NCBI GenBank assembly: GCA_963843575.1
Contig: CAWJKZ010000025.1
Span: 96,001 to 160,000, forward strand
DNA: 64,000 nt
From: an uncultured Acidobacteriota bacterium
GTDB lineage: Bacteria > Acidobacteriota > UBA6911
Reading direction: 5' to 3'
Shown here: piece by piece, positions 51,590 to 61,909 of the stretch
Layout: each line of letters starts with the position of its first letter
Position numbering within the stretch: the stretch's first letter is position 1
Position numbers and translations under genes: made by a program
Notes under the pieces: model-generated
Told to the model about the DNA's origin: nothing
The model's input: the letters and a program-made list of their open reading frames with translations, nothing else
The model's database searches: none

Positions 51590-52553
51590 CTACAGGTCGG
51601 AGCCGTAGGCCCAGAGCGCGGGTACGCCCCCGGTATGCCAGAACAGGATCTGCTCGCCCCGGGCGATCACGCCGCGCCGGATCAGGTCGATCATGCCCGC
51701 AGCCGCCCGTCCGGTGTATACCGGGTCGAGCAGGATGCCTTCGGTGCGGGCGAACAAATGAATGGCCTCGCGTTCCGGCTCGCCCACGATGCCGTACCCG
51801 GCCCCGAGATGGTCGGCGTCGACACAGACATCCTGCGGCCGGAAATCGTGAGCCAGGCCCAGCAGGCGGGCGGTCCCCGCGGCAATTTCCACCACCATCC
51901 CCTGCAGCGCCGCCAGCCGGCTCGTCGATGCTGATTCCCAGCACCTGGCCACCGAACCCTGTCACCGCAACCCCCACCATCATGCCGGCGTGAGTTCCGC
52001 CGGAACTGGAAGCAAAGACGACCCGGTCGAACTCGACCGGCGCCTGTGCGGCTAACTCCTCCATCGCCAGGACGTAGCCCACTGCACCGAGAGGCGTCGA
52101 GCCGCCGAGCGGCACCCCGTAGGGCTTGGCACCCGAGGCCCGCTCCTCCTCCAGCACCACCTCCATTACCTCTTCCCGCGACCGGCTTCCCGACCAGCGC
52201 ACGTCGGCGCCCAGCAGCCGGTTCAACAGAAGGTTCCCTGTCTGCTCCCGTGGTGGATCGCCTCGCAGGACCAGGATGCAGCGCATGCCGCCGCGGGCGG
52301 CTGCCGCCGCCGTCTGCCGACAGTGATTGGACTGCGCCGCCCCGACCGTCACCAGCGTGTCCGCGGCCTGCGCAAGCGCGTCGCCGACCAGGAATTCGAG
52401 CTTGCGAGCCTTGTTTCCACCACCCGCCAGGCCGGTCATATCGTCGCGCTTGATGAAAATCCGCGGACCGTCCAGCGCCGACGAGAGATGCGGCAGCGCT
52501 TCAATGGGGGTCGGCAGATGGGCGAGCGCAAATCTCGGAATCGCCAGCTGCAT
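51590..52553 (-). CDS. D-cysteine desulfhydrase / ACC deaminase family PLP enzyme (+1 frameshift at ~51918)
   Basis: 'KRDD...GGNKARKLE', 'QSNHCR', 'SSGGT'. After the shift: 'EGILLDPVYTG', 'FWHTGG'. Confidence 0.88.
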
Positions 52554-52783
52554 GTGCGTCCTCCAGGGGCGCCATCATACTACGGAAGCCCTCTGATAAG
52601 ACGCCAGCCAGAACATAACCGGGAGACGCGTCCCCGCCCGACAAGCTGCGGCAGCACTGTCGGCCAGGGAGGACCACGTCGAAGCCGCCGCAGCCTACTT
52701 GACACGGCTTGCACCAAGAGAGACAATGACTGGTTACCTATAATATTTGACCGATATACGACTATTATGAAGTGGACTTTCAT

Positions 52784-55058
52784 ATGAGTTCGGCCTTGAC
52801 CGAGCTGCAGTTGCCGGCCCGCGGGACCGCCAGGAAGATCGTTCTGGTCGGGAACCCGAACGTGGGCAAATCGGTGATCTTCAGGCTCTTGACCGGATCG
52901 TACGTAATGGTTTCTAACTTCCCGGGAACCACGGTCGAGATTTCGCGCGGGCGGCTTCAGCTGGGGGGCGTCCATTACGAGGTTGTGGACACGCCGGGGA
53001 TTTACAGCTGCGTTCCCCAATCGGAGGACGAGAAGGTCACCTGCGAAATCCTGTTGCGGGAGGCGCCCGACCTTGTGATCCAGGTGGCGGATGCGAAGAA
53101 CCTGCGACGGACGCTCCTCATCACGTCACAGCTGGTCGAGTTCGGTTTCCCGATAGTCCTTGTGTTGAACATGATGGACGAAGCCGAGGAGCGTGGGATC
53201 GCCATCGACGTGAACGGCCTGGCCGAGCTCTTTGCCGCCCCGGTGGTCGAGACCGTGGCGATCTACTCCAGGGGGCGCAAGAAGCTTTTGCAGGCGATAC
53301 AGGAAGCCCGTCGGCCGGTCAATCCGCTCCGGTTGACGGAGCTGCTGCCCAGGACAGGGGGCTCCGGCGGGGGATGGGAGGAGGGCATTCCCGGCCGCAC
53401 TCGCCGCGGAGTGGCTGGGGCTCGACGACCGGAGTTTCACGCAGCAGGTGGAGGCGTCGCTGGGGGAGCCTCTGGTAGGCGGGTTGCGGGAGGCCTGCGT
53501 CGCGCACAGGGCGATGCACCACCGGTCGCTTCCGGCTGAGATAGCGGACACCCGGGGCCGGTTTTTGGACCAGGCGGTCCACCGGCTGCGGTCGCGGCGG
53601 GAAGTTCGGTTTTCGGACGCGTCGGCCGCGCGCTCGCGTCTTTGGCTGGGACTGCTGGTAGCCGGCCTGGTGCTGTTCGGCTGGAACGAGGTGGGCGGCC
53701 TGTTCGGCGCGTGGACGCCGTTCGGCGCCGCATACGGGAGCGCGGCGGCCGCTCTCGACCGCCTGCCCGGTCCGGCCTTCCTGCGTGAGCTCCTGGTAGG
53801 AGATCCGGCTGCGAGCCGCTACCGTTACGGACTCATCCCGGAGTTGATACACCTGCTCATGTTCGTCCTCCCGGTGGTCGTGCCGTTTGGGGTTCTGCTG
53901 GCCCGCGACCGCAGCTTCGCCCATGAAATCGGGATCCTCACCCGGCGACCGGCGACCGGGATCCCGCTCCTGATGGTCGTGCTGGTCTTGGTGTTCGAGT
54001 TCGTCGGGTACACCGGGGCGCAAGCGCTCGTGGGGCTGCTGGAAAAGACGCTATTCGGCAACTATCTCGTCCCCGCGCTCCGGGAGGTGGCGCCCCGGGG
54101 TTTTGTGGGGGATCTCCTGTTAGGGCGGTATGGCGTGGTGTCGATGGGGCTGACGTACGCGCTGGCCATCGTGCTGCCGGTTGTCGCGACCTTTTTTATC
54201 GCCTTCGGGCTGCTCGAGGACAGCGGTTATCTGCCCCGCCTCTCCATCCTGTCGGACCGGATCATGCGTTCGATGGGACTTAACGGGAAGGCGACGCTTC
54301 CGATGGTGCTGGGCCTGGGCTGCTGCACCATGGCGACGATGACGACCCGGATCCTGAACTCGCCCAAGGAGCGTCTGATCGCGACGCTCCTGCTTGCGCT
54401 CGGCATCCCATGCTCGGCACAGCTCGGCGTGATCCTCGGGATGTCGGCCGCGTTCTCGTCCAAGGCTACGCTCGTGGTCGTCGGGGTGGTCTTGTCCCAG
54501 CTCTTCCTGGTTGGCTTTCTGGCGTCGCGCCTCGTGCGCGGCAAGTGCAGCGAGTTTATCTTCGAGATCCCGCCGATCCGCGTGCCGCAGTTGCGGAACG
54601 TGGTGCTGAAGACAGGCCACAGGATCCGCTGGTATCTCCAGGAGGCGGTCCCGCTTTTCATCTATGGCACGCTGGCGCTGTTCGTCCTCGACAGGGTTCG
54701 TGTGCGGGGAAGCAGCCTCTTGATTTGGATTCAAAAGGCGCTGGAGCCGGTGATCAGCGGTATCCTGCACCTGCCGCCCGAGGCTGCGGGCGTGTTCGTC
54801 CTGGGATTTCTCCGGAGGGATTACGGAGCCGCCGGGTTGTTCGACATGTCGGCGAAGGGGCTCCTGTCGGGCCAGCAGGCGGTGGTCAGCCTTATCGTAA
54901 TCACCTTGTTCGTCCCCTGCCTTGCGAGCTTTCTGGTTATCGTCAAAGAACACGGCCCTAAACGTGCCTTGGCGATCACGGGCTTCATCGTTCCATTTGC
55001 GATTGGCGTCGGCGGGGTCGTGAGCTGGATCCTGAGGACGTTCAACGTGCAGTTCTGA
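52784..55058 (+). CDS. feoB: Ferrous iron transporter B (frameshift at ~53345-53390)
   Basis: G-domain 'GNPNVGKS', 'NFPGTTV', 'DTPG', 'NMMD'. Membrane domain 'LEDSGYLPR', 'PCSAQ', 'LFVPCLA'. Confidence 0.9.
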
Positions 55059-55072
55059 CCAGGTCGTCCTTA

Positions 55073-55250
55073 GGGTTCGCGCCAGAATAGGTTCACATTT
55101 TGGCGCGAGCGCCGGGCGGGCAGATGCAAGGCGCCGCGACGCAGGCGATGTGGGGACATCGTCGAGGAGCGGCAACGCCGCATCTGCCCGCCCGCCGCCG
55201 CGCCCCGGAGGGCTGACGGCTCCGTTATGAAATTATTCTCGCGCGAGCCT
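55073..55250 (-). mobile_element. MITE-like element, copy 3 (178 bp, inverted, internally deleted)
   Basis: Reverse complement of copies 1 and 2, lacking ~60 bp next to one TIR. Sits between feoB and the regulator gene. Confidence 0.82.
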
Positions 55251-55267
55251 TAGATCGGAGACAAACT

Positions 55268-55930
55268 ATGCAGGTGACCGAAGAGCGTGTCCCGGAAGAA
55301 ATCGCCGAGGTCCTCGAGACCATGTGGACGCTCGAGGAACGTCGCGAGGTGTCGTTCGCCAACCTGGAGAGGGACGCCGCCATACAGGTGGGTGCGGAGT
55401 TGCTGGAAGCCTTACGCGTGCGTCAGCTCATCGCGCTGGGAGAGGACGGGCCGAAGCTCCTGCCCCAGGGCCGGAAAATCGCCGAGCAGATCATCCGCAG
55501 GCACCGTCTTGCCGAGAGGCTGGTGTGCGACGTTCTCGGGTCGCACGTGGACGACAGCGAAGCGGCCGCCTGCGAATTCGAGCACCTGATCGCCGAAGGG
55601 ATCACGAGTTCCATATGCACCTTGCTGGGACACCCGCGCTTCTGCCCCCACAATCGCCCGATACCCGAGGGAGACTGCTGCAGGGCGGCGACCGAGGCGC
55701 TCAAACCGATCGTCGTCTCGTGCGACCAGCTGGGGATCGGGCAATCCGGGCGCGTCGCCTACCTCGCCACCCGGGAACACTCGCGCCTGCTGCGGCTCTC
55801 CGCGCTCGGGATCACCCCTGGCGTTCAGCTGAAGCTGCTGCAGCAGTGGCCGAGCTTTGTCGTGCAGTGCGACGAGACCGAGATTGCGCTGGAGGGCGAA
55901 GTGGCCCGGTGCATCTACCTCTGGCACTGA
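55268..55930 (+). CDS. DtxR/MntR family metal-dependent regulator with C-terminal FeoA domain
   Basis: 'IIRRHRLAERL', 'ACEFEH', 'LGHPRFCPHNRPIP', C-terminal 'LSALGITPG'. Confidence 0.9.
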   Translation: MQVTEERVPEEIAEVLETMWTLEERREVSFANLERDAAIQVGAELLEALRVRQLIALGEDGPKLLPQGRKIAEQIIRRHRLAERLVCDVLGSHVDDSEAAACEFEHLIAEGITSSICTLLGHPRFCPHNRPIPEGDCCRAATEALKPIVVSCDQLGIGQSGRVAYLATREHSRLLRLSALGITPGVQLKLLQQWPSFVVQCDETEIALEGEVARCIYLWH

Positions 55931-55965
55931 TACCTTGACGTGAGTGTCGACGCACCCCACATCCG

Positions 55966-58596
55966 CTACAACTTCACGTTGCGCAGGCGGAGCGCGTTTC
56001 CGATCACCGACACCGAGCTGAAAGTCATGGCCGCGCTGGCAATCATGGGGCTCAGGAGGACGCCGAGCACCGGGTAGAGGACCCCGGCCGCCACCGGGAT
56101 ACCAAGGGCGTTGTACACAAACGCGAAAAAGAGGTTCTGACGGATGTTGCGCATGGTGGCGCGGCTGAGGAGATAAGCACGCGCGATCCCGCGCAGGTCG
56201 CCCCGCACGAGCGTCACGCCGGCGCTCTGGATCGCGACGTCGGTGCCGGTACCCATCGCGATGCCGACGTCCGCCTGGGCCAGCGCCGGTGCGTCGTTGA
56301 TCCCGTCCCCGGCCATCGCGACGATCCGGCCTGTCGACTGCAGCCGTTTTATCGCCTCGGCTTTCTGGTGCGGCAGCACCTCGGCAATCACCTCGTCGAT
56401 GCCGAGTTTGCGCGCCACGATGTCGGCCGTGGTTCGACCGTCCCCCGTAAGCATGACGAGGCGGGTTCCCTGCCCGTGGAGGAGGCGGATCGCCTCGAGG
56501 GTCGACGGTTTGATCGGGTCCGAGATGCCGAGCAAGCCTGCGGGGGCGCCATCGACGGCCAGCAGCACGACGGTCTCGCCCTGCTGCCGCAGTCGTTCGA
56601 CCCGGCCGTCCCGGTCCGGCCAGTCGATGGACAGCTCCTGCATCAGCGCGCGGTTGCCGAGGGCGACAGGGCGGCCCGCGACGCTCCCGGTCACGCCCTT
56701 GCCTGTATTCGAACGGAATCCGCTCGACTCGGTGAGTTTGATCCCGCGCTCCGCCGCGATCCCGACGATGGCCGCGGCCAGCGGGTGCTCGCTGCCGCGT
56801 TCCAGGCTCGCGGCGAAGCCCAGCACGTCGACCTCGCTCCAGGGATCGAGCGCCGCAACCGACGAGACGCGCGGTTTCCCCACCGTCAGGGTGCCCGTCT
56901 TGTCGACCACGACCGTGTCGACTCTTTCGAGGGTTTCGAGCGCCTCCGCGTTCTTGATGAGCACGCCGGAGGTCGCTCCCCGCCCTGTGCCTACCATGAT
57001 GGACATCGGTGTGGCCAGGCCGAGGGCACATGGGCAGGCGATGATCAGCACGGAGACGGAACTGAGGAGCGCGTAGGCGAAGCGCGGTTCGGGGCCAAAC
57101 ACCATCCACGCGGCGAAGGTCGACACCGAGATCAGGACGACCGCAGGGACGAAATACCCGGCCACGCGGTCGGCCAGCCGCTGTATGGGCGCACGGCTGC
57201 GCTGCGCCTCGCTGACGAGCCGGACAATCCGCGCCACGAGGGTGTCGGCGCCGACGCGTTCGGCGCGCATGACTAAGCTGCCGGTGCCGTTGACCGTTCC
57301 GCCCGTTATCCGCGACCGGCTGGTCTTCTCGACCGGGATCGGCTCGCCCGTCAGCATCGACTCGTCCACCGAGCTCGCCCCTTCGACGACCACGCCGTCA
57401 ACGGGGATTTTCTCGCCGGGACGCACGCGCAGGATGTCGCCGGGGTGCACCTGGTCGAGCGGCACGTCCCCTTCGCTTCCATCCGGGCGCAGAAGACGAG
57501 CCGTCGGGGGCACGAGCCCGAGCAGGGCGCGCAGCGCGCTGCTGGTGCGGCCTCGTGCCCGCAACTCCAGGACTTGCCCCAGCAAAACCAGCGTCGTGAT
57601 CACGGCTGCCGCTTCGAAATAAACCTCCGGCATCCCGCCGTGCCCCAGCAGCGATTGAGGCAGAAACCCGGCGAACAGCGTGGCCACCACGCTGTACCCG
57701 TAGGCGGTTCCCGTACCGATGGCGATCAGGGTGAACATGTTGAGGCTGCGGTTGACGACGGAGGTCCATCCGCGCACAAAAAAAGGCCAGCCGCACCAGA
57801 GCACCACCGGGGTGGACAGGGCAAATTCCACCCACCTGAGGCCGCGCGCGGACAGCAGCGAGTGCAGCCGCAGCCCCGGAAACATCCCCGCCATCGTTAT
57901 GACGAGCACCGGGAGTGAAAGCACGGCGCTGACATAGAACCGGCGCGCCAGGTCGGCCAGCTCGGGATTTGCCTCCTCTCCCGGCGTCACGAGACGCGGC
58001 TCCAGGGCCATCCCGCACTTCGGGCAGGAACCAGGCTGGTCGCGGACAATCTCCGGGTGCATCGGACAGGTCCACCGGGTTCTGGCCACGACCGGCAACT
58101 CCGGCTCCAGGGCCATCCCGCACTTCGGGCACGCCCCGGGCCCCTCCTGCCGCACCTCCTCGTCCATCGGGCAGACGTAGGCCGTGGCTCGCGCTTCGAC
58201 GGGCGCCCGGGCCGAGCGCGGGGCTGGCGGCGGCGAGGGAAGCACCTGAAACAAACCGCCCATGTGACGGGCCGGGTCGGCCTTGAATTTGTCGAGGCAG
58301 GAGTGGCTGCAGAAGTAATAGAGCCTCCCGGCGTGTTCGTACATCCCTGCCGCCTTCGACGGCTCGACGCTCATGCCGCAGACCGGATCCTTCGCCTGCG
58401 CGGGAGCTCCGGCGCCGGAGACCGACGGCCGAGGGGAGAGGTATCTCGCAGGATCCGCCACGAATCGCTCCCGGCACCGGACGTTGCAGAAATAATAAGT
58501 GGCCCCGCCATGTTCGGCCGTACCCGCCGACTTCGAGGGATCCACCGTCATGCCGCACACGGGGTCCAACACCCGTTCCGCTTTTCCCTGGCTCAT
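55966..58596 (-). CDS. copA: Heavy-metal P1B-1 ATPase (Cu+/Ag+) with two YHS and two heavy-metal-binding domains
   Basis: 'DPVCGM' twice, 'CPM..E....PG.CPKCGM' twice, TGE, CPC, DKTGT, GDGIND, YN and MxxSS motifs. Confidence 0.93.
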   Translation of the reverse strand: MSQGKAERVLDPVCGMTVDPSKSAGTAEHGGATYYFCNVRCRERFVADPARYLSPRPSVSGAGAPAQAKDPVCGMSVEPSKAAGMYEHAGRLYYFCSHSCLDKFKADPARHMGGLFQVLPSPPPAPRSARAPVEARATAYVCPMDEEVRQEGPGACPKCGMALEPELPVVARTRWTCPMHPEIVRDQPGSCPKCGMALEPRLVTPGEEANPELADLARRFYVSAVLSLPVLVITMAGMFPGLRLHSLLSARGLRWVEFALSTPVVLWCGWPFFVRGWTSVVNRSLNMFTLIAIGTGTAYGYSVVATLFAGFLPQSLLGHGGMPEVYFEAAAVITTLVLLGQVLELRARGRTSSALRALLGLVPPTARLLRPDGSEGDVPLDQVHPGDILRVRPGEKIPVDGVVVEGASSVDESMLTGEPIPVEKTSRSRITGGTVNGTGSLVMRAERVGADTLVARIVRLVSEAQRSRAPIQRLADRVAGYFVPAVVLISVSTFAAWMVFGPEPRFAYALLSSVSVLIIACPCALGLATPMSIMVGTGRGATSGVLIKNAEALETLERVDTVVVDKTGTLTVGKPRVSSVAALDPWSEVDVLGFAASLERGSEHPLAAAIVGIAAERGIKLTESSGFRSNTGKGVTGSVAGRPVALGNRALMQELSIDWPDRDGRVERLRQQGETVVLLAVDGAPAGLLGISDPIKPSTLEAIRLLHGQGTRLVMLTGDGRTTADIVARKLGIDEVIAEVLPHQKAEAIKRLQSTGRIVAMAGDGINDAPALAQADVGIAMGTGTDVAIQSAGVTLVRGDLRGIARAYLLSRATMRNIRQNLFFAFVYNALGIPVAAGVLYPVLGVLLSPMIASAAMTFSSVSVIGNALRLRNVKL

Positions 58597-59025
58597 CCGC
58601 GTCGCTCTCCGCTCCGGCTTATACGAGTCGTGATTAATTATACCGTTGTCCCAGGCTCGACACTCAGGCCACCCGCATTCCAGGTTACACTAATTTTCTG
58701 AGTGCTTTTCGTTTCCCTCCGGGACACGACTGACGCTAGAATAGGCTTCGTCGCGAAACTCAAAACGGAGCGCGAGCGTAATTCTGACCCGGGAGAACCA
58801 TGGGGCCGGCTTGCGCCGGCCAGCGTTACCTGAACGCCGGGTCATGCCAGCTCCCTCATTCCCCACAGCAAGAGATGGTCTTTGTACCGCGGGCGGGCTG
58901 AAAGCTTGCACACGGGCGGTGGAGCGGGGAACCTGTGAACCCGGCCGTCTCGCCTGGCATCCAATTGAATAGAGATGGACGAGCAGCCGTTGGCAGCTCT
59001 TACCGGTCACAGGCAGGGGGAATCA

Positions 59026-59172
59026 ATGGTTGGAATCTTGCTGACGCTCTTGGCCGCCCTGGTGGTCATCATCCTCGCTTTCTGCTACTCCGACGAAGAT
59101 TCCCGGAGTCGCGAGCGTGTCACCGACCTGCTTGTCCGCGCTCCATCGCGCTCCCCGAGAAAGAAGGACTGA
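59026..59172 (+). CDS. Small single-TM hypothetical protein (48 aa)
   Basis: SD GGGGGA, then 'MVGILLTLLAALVVIILAFCYS' and a charged tail. Confidence 0.45.
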   Translation: MVGILLTLLAALVVIILAFCYSDEDSRSRERVTDLLVRAPSRSPRKKD

Positions 59173-59195
59173 TACCGGGGCGGCGACCCGTCCGT

Positions 59196-61907
59196 TCAGA
59201 TTCCAGGTTCAGAACAGTAGAACGCGGTTTCCGCCGGACGGAAAGGCCTCTGCAGCCAGAGCGGTCGTCTCAGGTTGCCTGGACCGGGAGCCGGGCGCGT
59301 CATGGCCAGCCACTCCCGATACACCTGGTACGATTTCTTTGTGTCCACCAGCACGTCGCCGTAGCGGTCGTCCGCGGCGGCAGGTACCAGCCGCACCTTT
59401 TGATGCCAGCAGTGCATCCCGCTGAGCGGGTCGGGGTGGGGTGCGAACGCCAGGTTCTGGTGCACTCCGGCGTCGCTCCACCAGATTCTCTTCGAGTCCG
59501 GGTCGTCGCTGGTGAACGGCTTCACACCCTCGATTTGACGCAGGAGCCAGACGCCGGGAGAGATCTCGTCGATGCGTGCGAGCGCCGAACACCAACGGTC
59601 GGTGCCAGAGAACTTGTCGAGGCGCCAGCGCCCGAGGTGGTGGGAGCACGCCACCACGCCGGGCCGGATCCCTTCGGTAACCCAGACACGGGCCACAAAA
59701 TAGCCAACCTCGGTGTTGACCCTGACGAGATCGCCCGTGCACAAGTTCAGCCGCGCCGCATCGCCGGTGTGGATCAAGAGCGGGTTTCTGTGCGAGATCT
59801 CCGCAAGCCACTTCGAGTTTCCCGACCGCGTGTGTATCAGGGTCGGCAGCCGGAAGGTTGGGATCAGGACATATTCGCCGCGTTCCCGGTCGAGCGTCTT
59901 CCAGTGGACGTGGCTTCGAATGTAGCCGGGGAGCGCGTGTTCTCCCCATCCCCAGTCCCTTAAGGTGGCGGAGTAAAGCTCGAGCTTGCGCGACGGGGTC
60001 GGGAAACCCGAGTCGATTTCCCCGGCGGGCGTGGCCTTCCGCGGAGGCCCATACACGTCTCGGTCGATTTCGAAGGCCCCGTACTTCCTCATGTATCCCA
60101 GGGGTGAAAGCCCCGCGCGGGCCGCGGCCTCCGGCAGCCCCGGGACGCTGTTTTCGAAAATCCAGCGATAATACTCTTCCACGGAAACCATCTGGCCGGG
60201 CCGGTACGGGGATTCGAAGTGAGGGCGGATCCCCAGGGCGCCACGGGGATCGATCCTCCACGAGAGGTTGATCCAGAACTCGTCCTCTTCCCAGACTTGG
60301 CCGGGATTGGCCTCGTGGGTGAATTCGAACGTGGCGCCCGCGCGCTCGCGCGCGACCCGGACCACCGGCTGCCGGAATGCGATCCAGCGTCCGGCGTGAG
60401 TCTCCTGGCTCTGCAGGTCGTGCCGTTCGCCGGCCAGCCCCATCGGAAGAACGTAGTCGGCAAGCCAGGCGGTTTCGCTCCAGACGGGGGTCAGGGCGGC
60501 GTGGAGCCCGACCTTTTCGGGGTCGCGGAGCACCTCCATCCAGGAGGCTCCATCCGGGTTCGTCCAGACGGGGTTGTAGGCGCGCGTGAAGTAGACTCCC
60601 AGCCGGCCGCGTCCTTCCTTCAGAAAATGCGGCAGCAGGAAGCTCATTTCGTGGTGGCTGAACGGGTATTCGGCTGGCCAGAGCAGATCGTTCCACTCCC
60701 TTTGCGGCTCCGGTCTTGTGAAAGGGGCCGGAACGAACTTGTTCCACGCGGCGGGGGAGGTCCCGCCAGGGGTCCCGATGCTGCCGGTCAGCACGTTGAG
60801 CAGAAGGAGAGCGCGCGCGACCTGCCAGCCTCCAAGGTTACCGCTGGCGGCGCTGCGCCACACGTGGCTCGAAAAGGCACTGCCGGCGCGGCCGATTTCC
60901 CGGGCGACCTCCGCGATCCTGGCTGCAGGGACCCCGCTCTCCTCTTCCGCGAACTCGGGGGTGAACGGTTGATAGACCTCGGCCAGGGCAGAGACGAAAG
61001 CACCGAAGTCCGCGCCCGGCCGGCCGCGGTCCTGCGCCATGAACTGCTCCCAGTTCGTCCAGCGGCGGACAAAGTCCTGGTCGAACAGGTTTTCGACGAG
61101 GAGGATGCGCGCCATCGCGAGCAGCACGGCAGCTTCGGTCCCCGGATAGGTCGGCATCCAGTAGTCGGCCATGCTGGCCGTGTTGGATAGTCGCGGATCC
61201 AGGACGGCCACTTTCGCGCCGCGGAGCTTCCCTTCGATGATCCTCTGCGCGTGCGGGTTGAAGTAGTGGCCGGCCTCCAGGTGCGAGCTGATCAGGAGTA
61301 TGAACCGGGCGTTGCTGTAATCGGGCGAAGGGCGGTCCAGGCCCTGCCAGAGGTCGTAGCCCAGGCGCGCCGCGGCGGAGCAGACGTTCGTGTGGCTGTT
61401 GTGACCATCGATGCCCCAAGACTGCAGGACGCGCTCCATGTAGCCGTCGTGCCCCGGCCGTCCGACGTGGTAGACGATCTCGTTGCGGCAGCCCTGCTCG
61501 AGCAACAAGCGGACCGCGTGGGAAATCTCGTCCAGCACCGTATCCCAGGACACTCGTTCCCACTTCCCCTCCCCGCGCCGGCCGGCGCGCTTGAGGGGGT
61601 AGAGGATTCGTTCCGGGTCCCGGATCTGGTTTACCGTCGCGGGACCTTTGGCGCAGTTACGGCCCCGGCTGGCCGGGTGATACGGGTTGCCCTCCATGCG
61701 CCGTACGGACCAATCCTCCTTATCGACGTAGGCCAGAAGGCCGCACGCGGCTTCGCAGTTGAAGCAGGTGGTCGGAACGACCGCGTAGTGCTTCTCGGTT
61801 CGCTTCGGCCAGTCCCTGGCCTCGAACTCGACCCAATCGTCCCACCGCTCCGGCGGGGGTACGCTTGCCAGCGGTGTCACCTGAACATCTGATCCGATAT
61901 CCTTCAT
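59196..61907 (-). CDS. Molybdopterin (bis-MGD) oxidoreductase catalytic subunit, DMSO reductase superfamily
   Basis: 'TTCFNCEAAC...RNCAKG' 4Fe-4S motif, 'HNSHTNVCS', 'ADYVLP', C-terminal MGD-binding domain. Start at ATG 61907. Confidence 0.92.
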   Translation of the reverse strand: MKDIGSDVQVTPLASVPPPERWDDWVEFEARDWPKRTEKHYAVVPTTCFNCEAACGLLAYVDKEDWSVRRMEGNPYHPASRGRNCAKGPATVNQIRDPERILYPLKRAGRRGEGKWERVSWDTVLDEISHAVRLLLEQGCRNEIVYHVGRPGHDGYMERVLQSWGIDGHNSHTNVCSAAARLGYDLWQGLDRPSPDYSNARFILLISSHLEAGHYFNPHAQRIIEGKLRGAKVAVLDPRLSNTASMADYWMPTYPGTEAAVLLAMARILLVENLFDQDFVRRWTNWEQFMAQDRGRPGADFGAFVSALAEVYQPFTPEFAEEESGVPAARIAEVAREIGRAGSAFSSHVWRSAASGNLGGWQVARALLLLNVLTGSIGTPGGTSPAAWNKFVPAPFTRPEPQREWNDLLWPAEYPFSHHEMSFLLPHFLKEGRGRLGVYFTRAYNPVWTNPDGASWMEVLRDPEKVGLHAALTPVWSETAWLADYVLPMGLAGERHDLQSQETHAGRWIAFRQPVVRVARERAGATFEFTHEANPGQVWEEDEFWINLSWRIDPRGALGIRPHFESPYRPGQMVSVEEYYRWIFENSVPGLPEAAARAGLSPLGYMRKYGAFEIDRDVYGPPRKATPAGEIDSGFPTPSRKLELYSATLRDWGWGEHALPGYIRSHVHWKTLDRERGEYVLIPTFRLPTLIHTRSGNSKWLAEISHRNPLLIHTGDAARLNLCTGDLVRVNTEVGYFVARVWVTEGIRPGVVACSHHLGRWRLDKFSGTDRWCSALARIDEISPGVWLLRQIEGVKPFTSDDPDSKRIWWSDAGVHQNLAFAPHPDPLSGMHCWHQKVRLVPAAADDRYGDVLVDTKKSYQVYREWLAMTRPAPGPGNLRRPLWLQRPFRPAETAFYCSEPGI

Positions 61908-61909
61908 AG

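Noticed and set aside
51480-52553. Functional link between the D-cysteine desulfhydrase-like gene and the selenoprotein (selenium supply)
   Set aside because: Adjacency only. A TACAAT -10-like box at 51518-51513 suggests separate transcription, and there is no further evidence.
52735-52770. Fur/DtxR operator upstream of feoB
   Set aside because: The region is AT-rich and contains a TATAAT, but no convincing palindrome could be identified.
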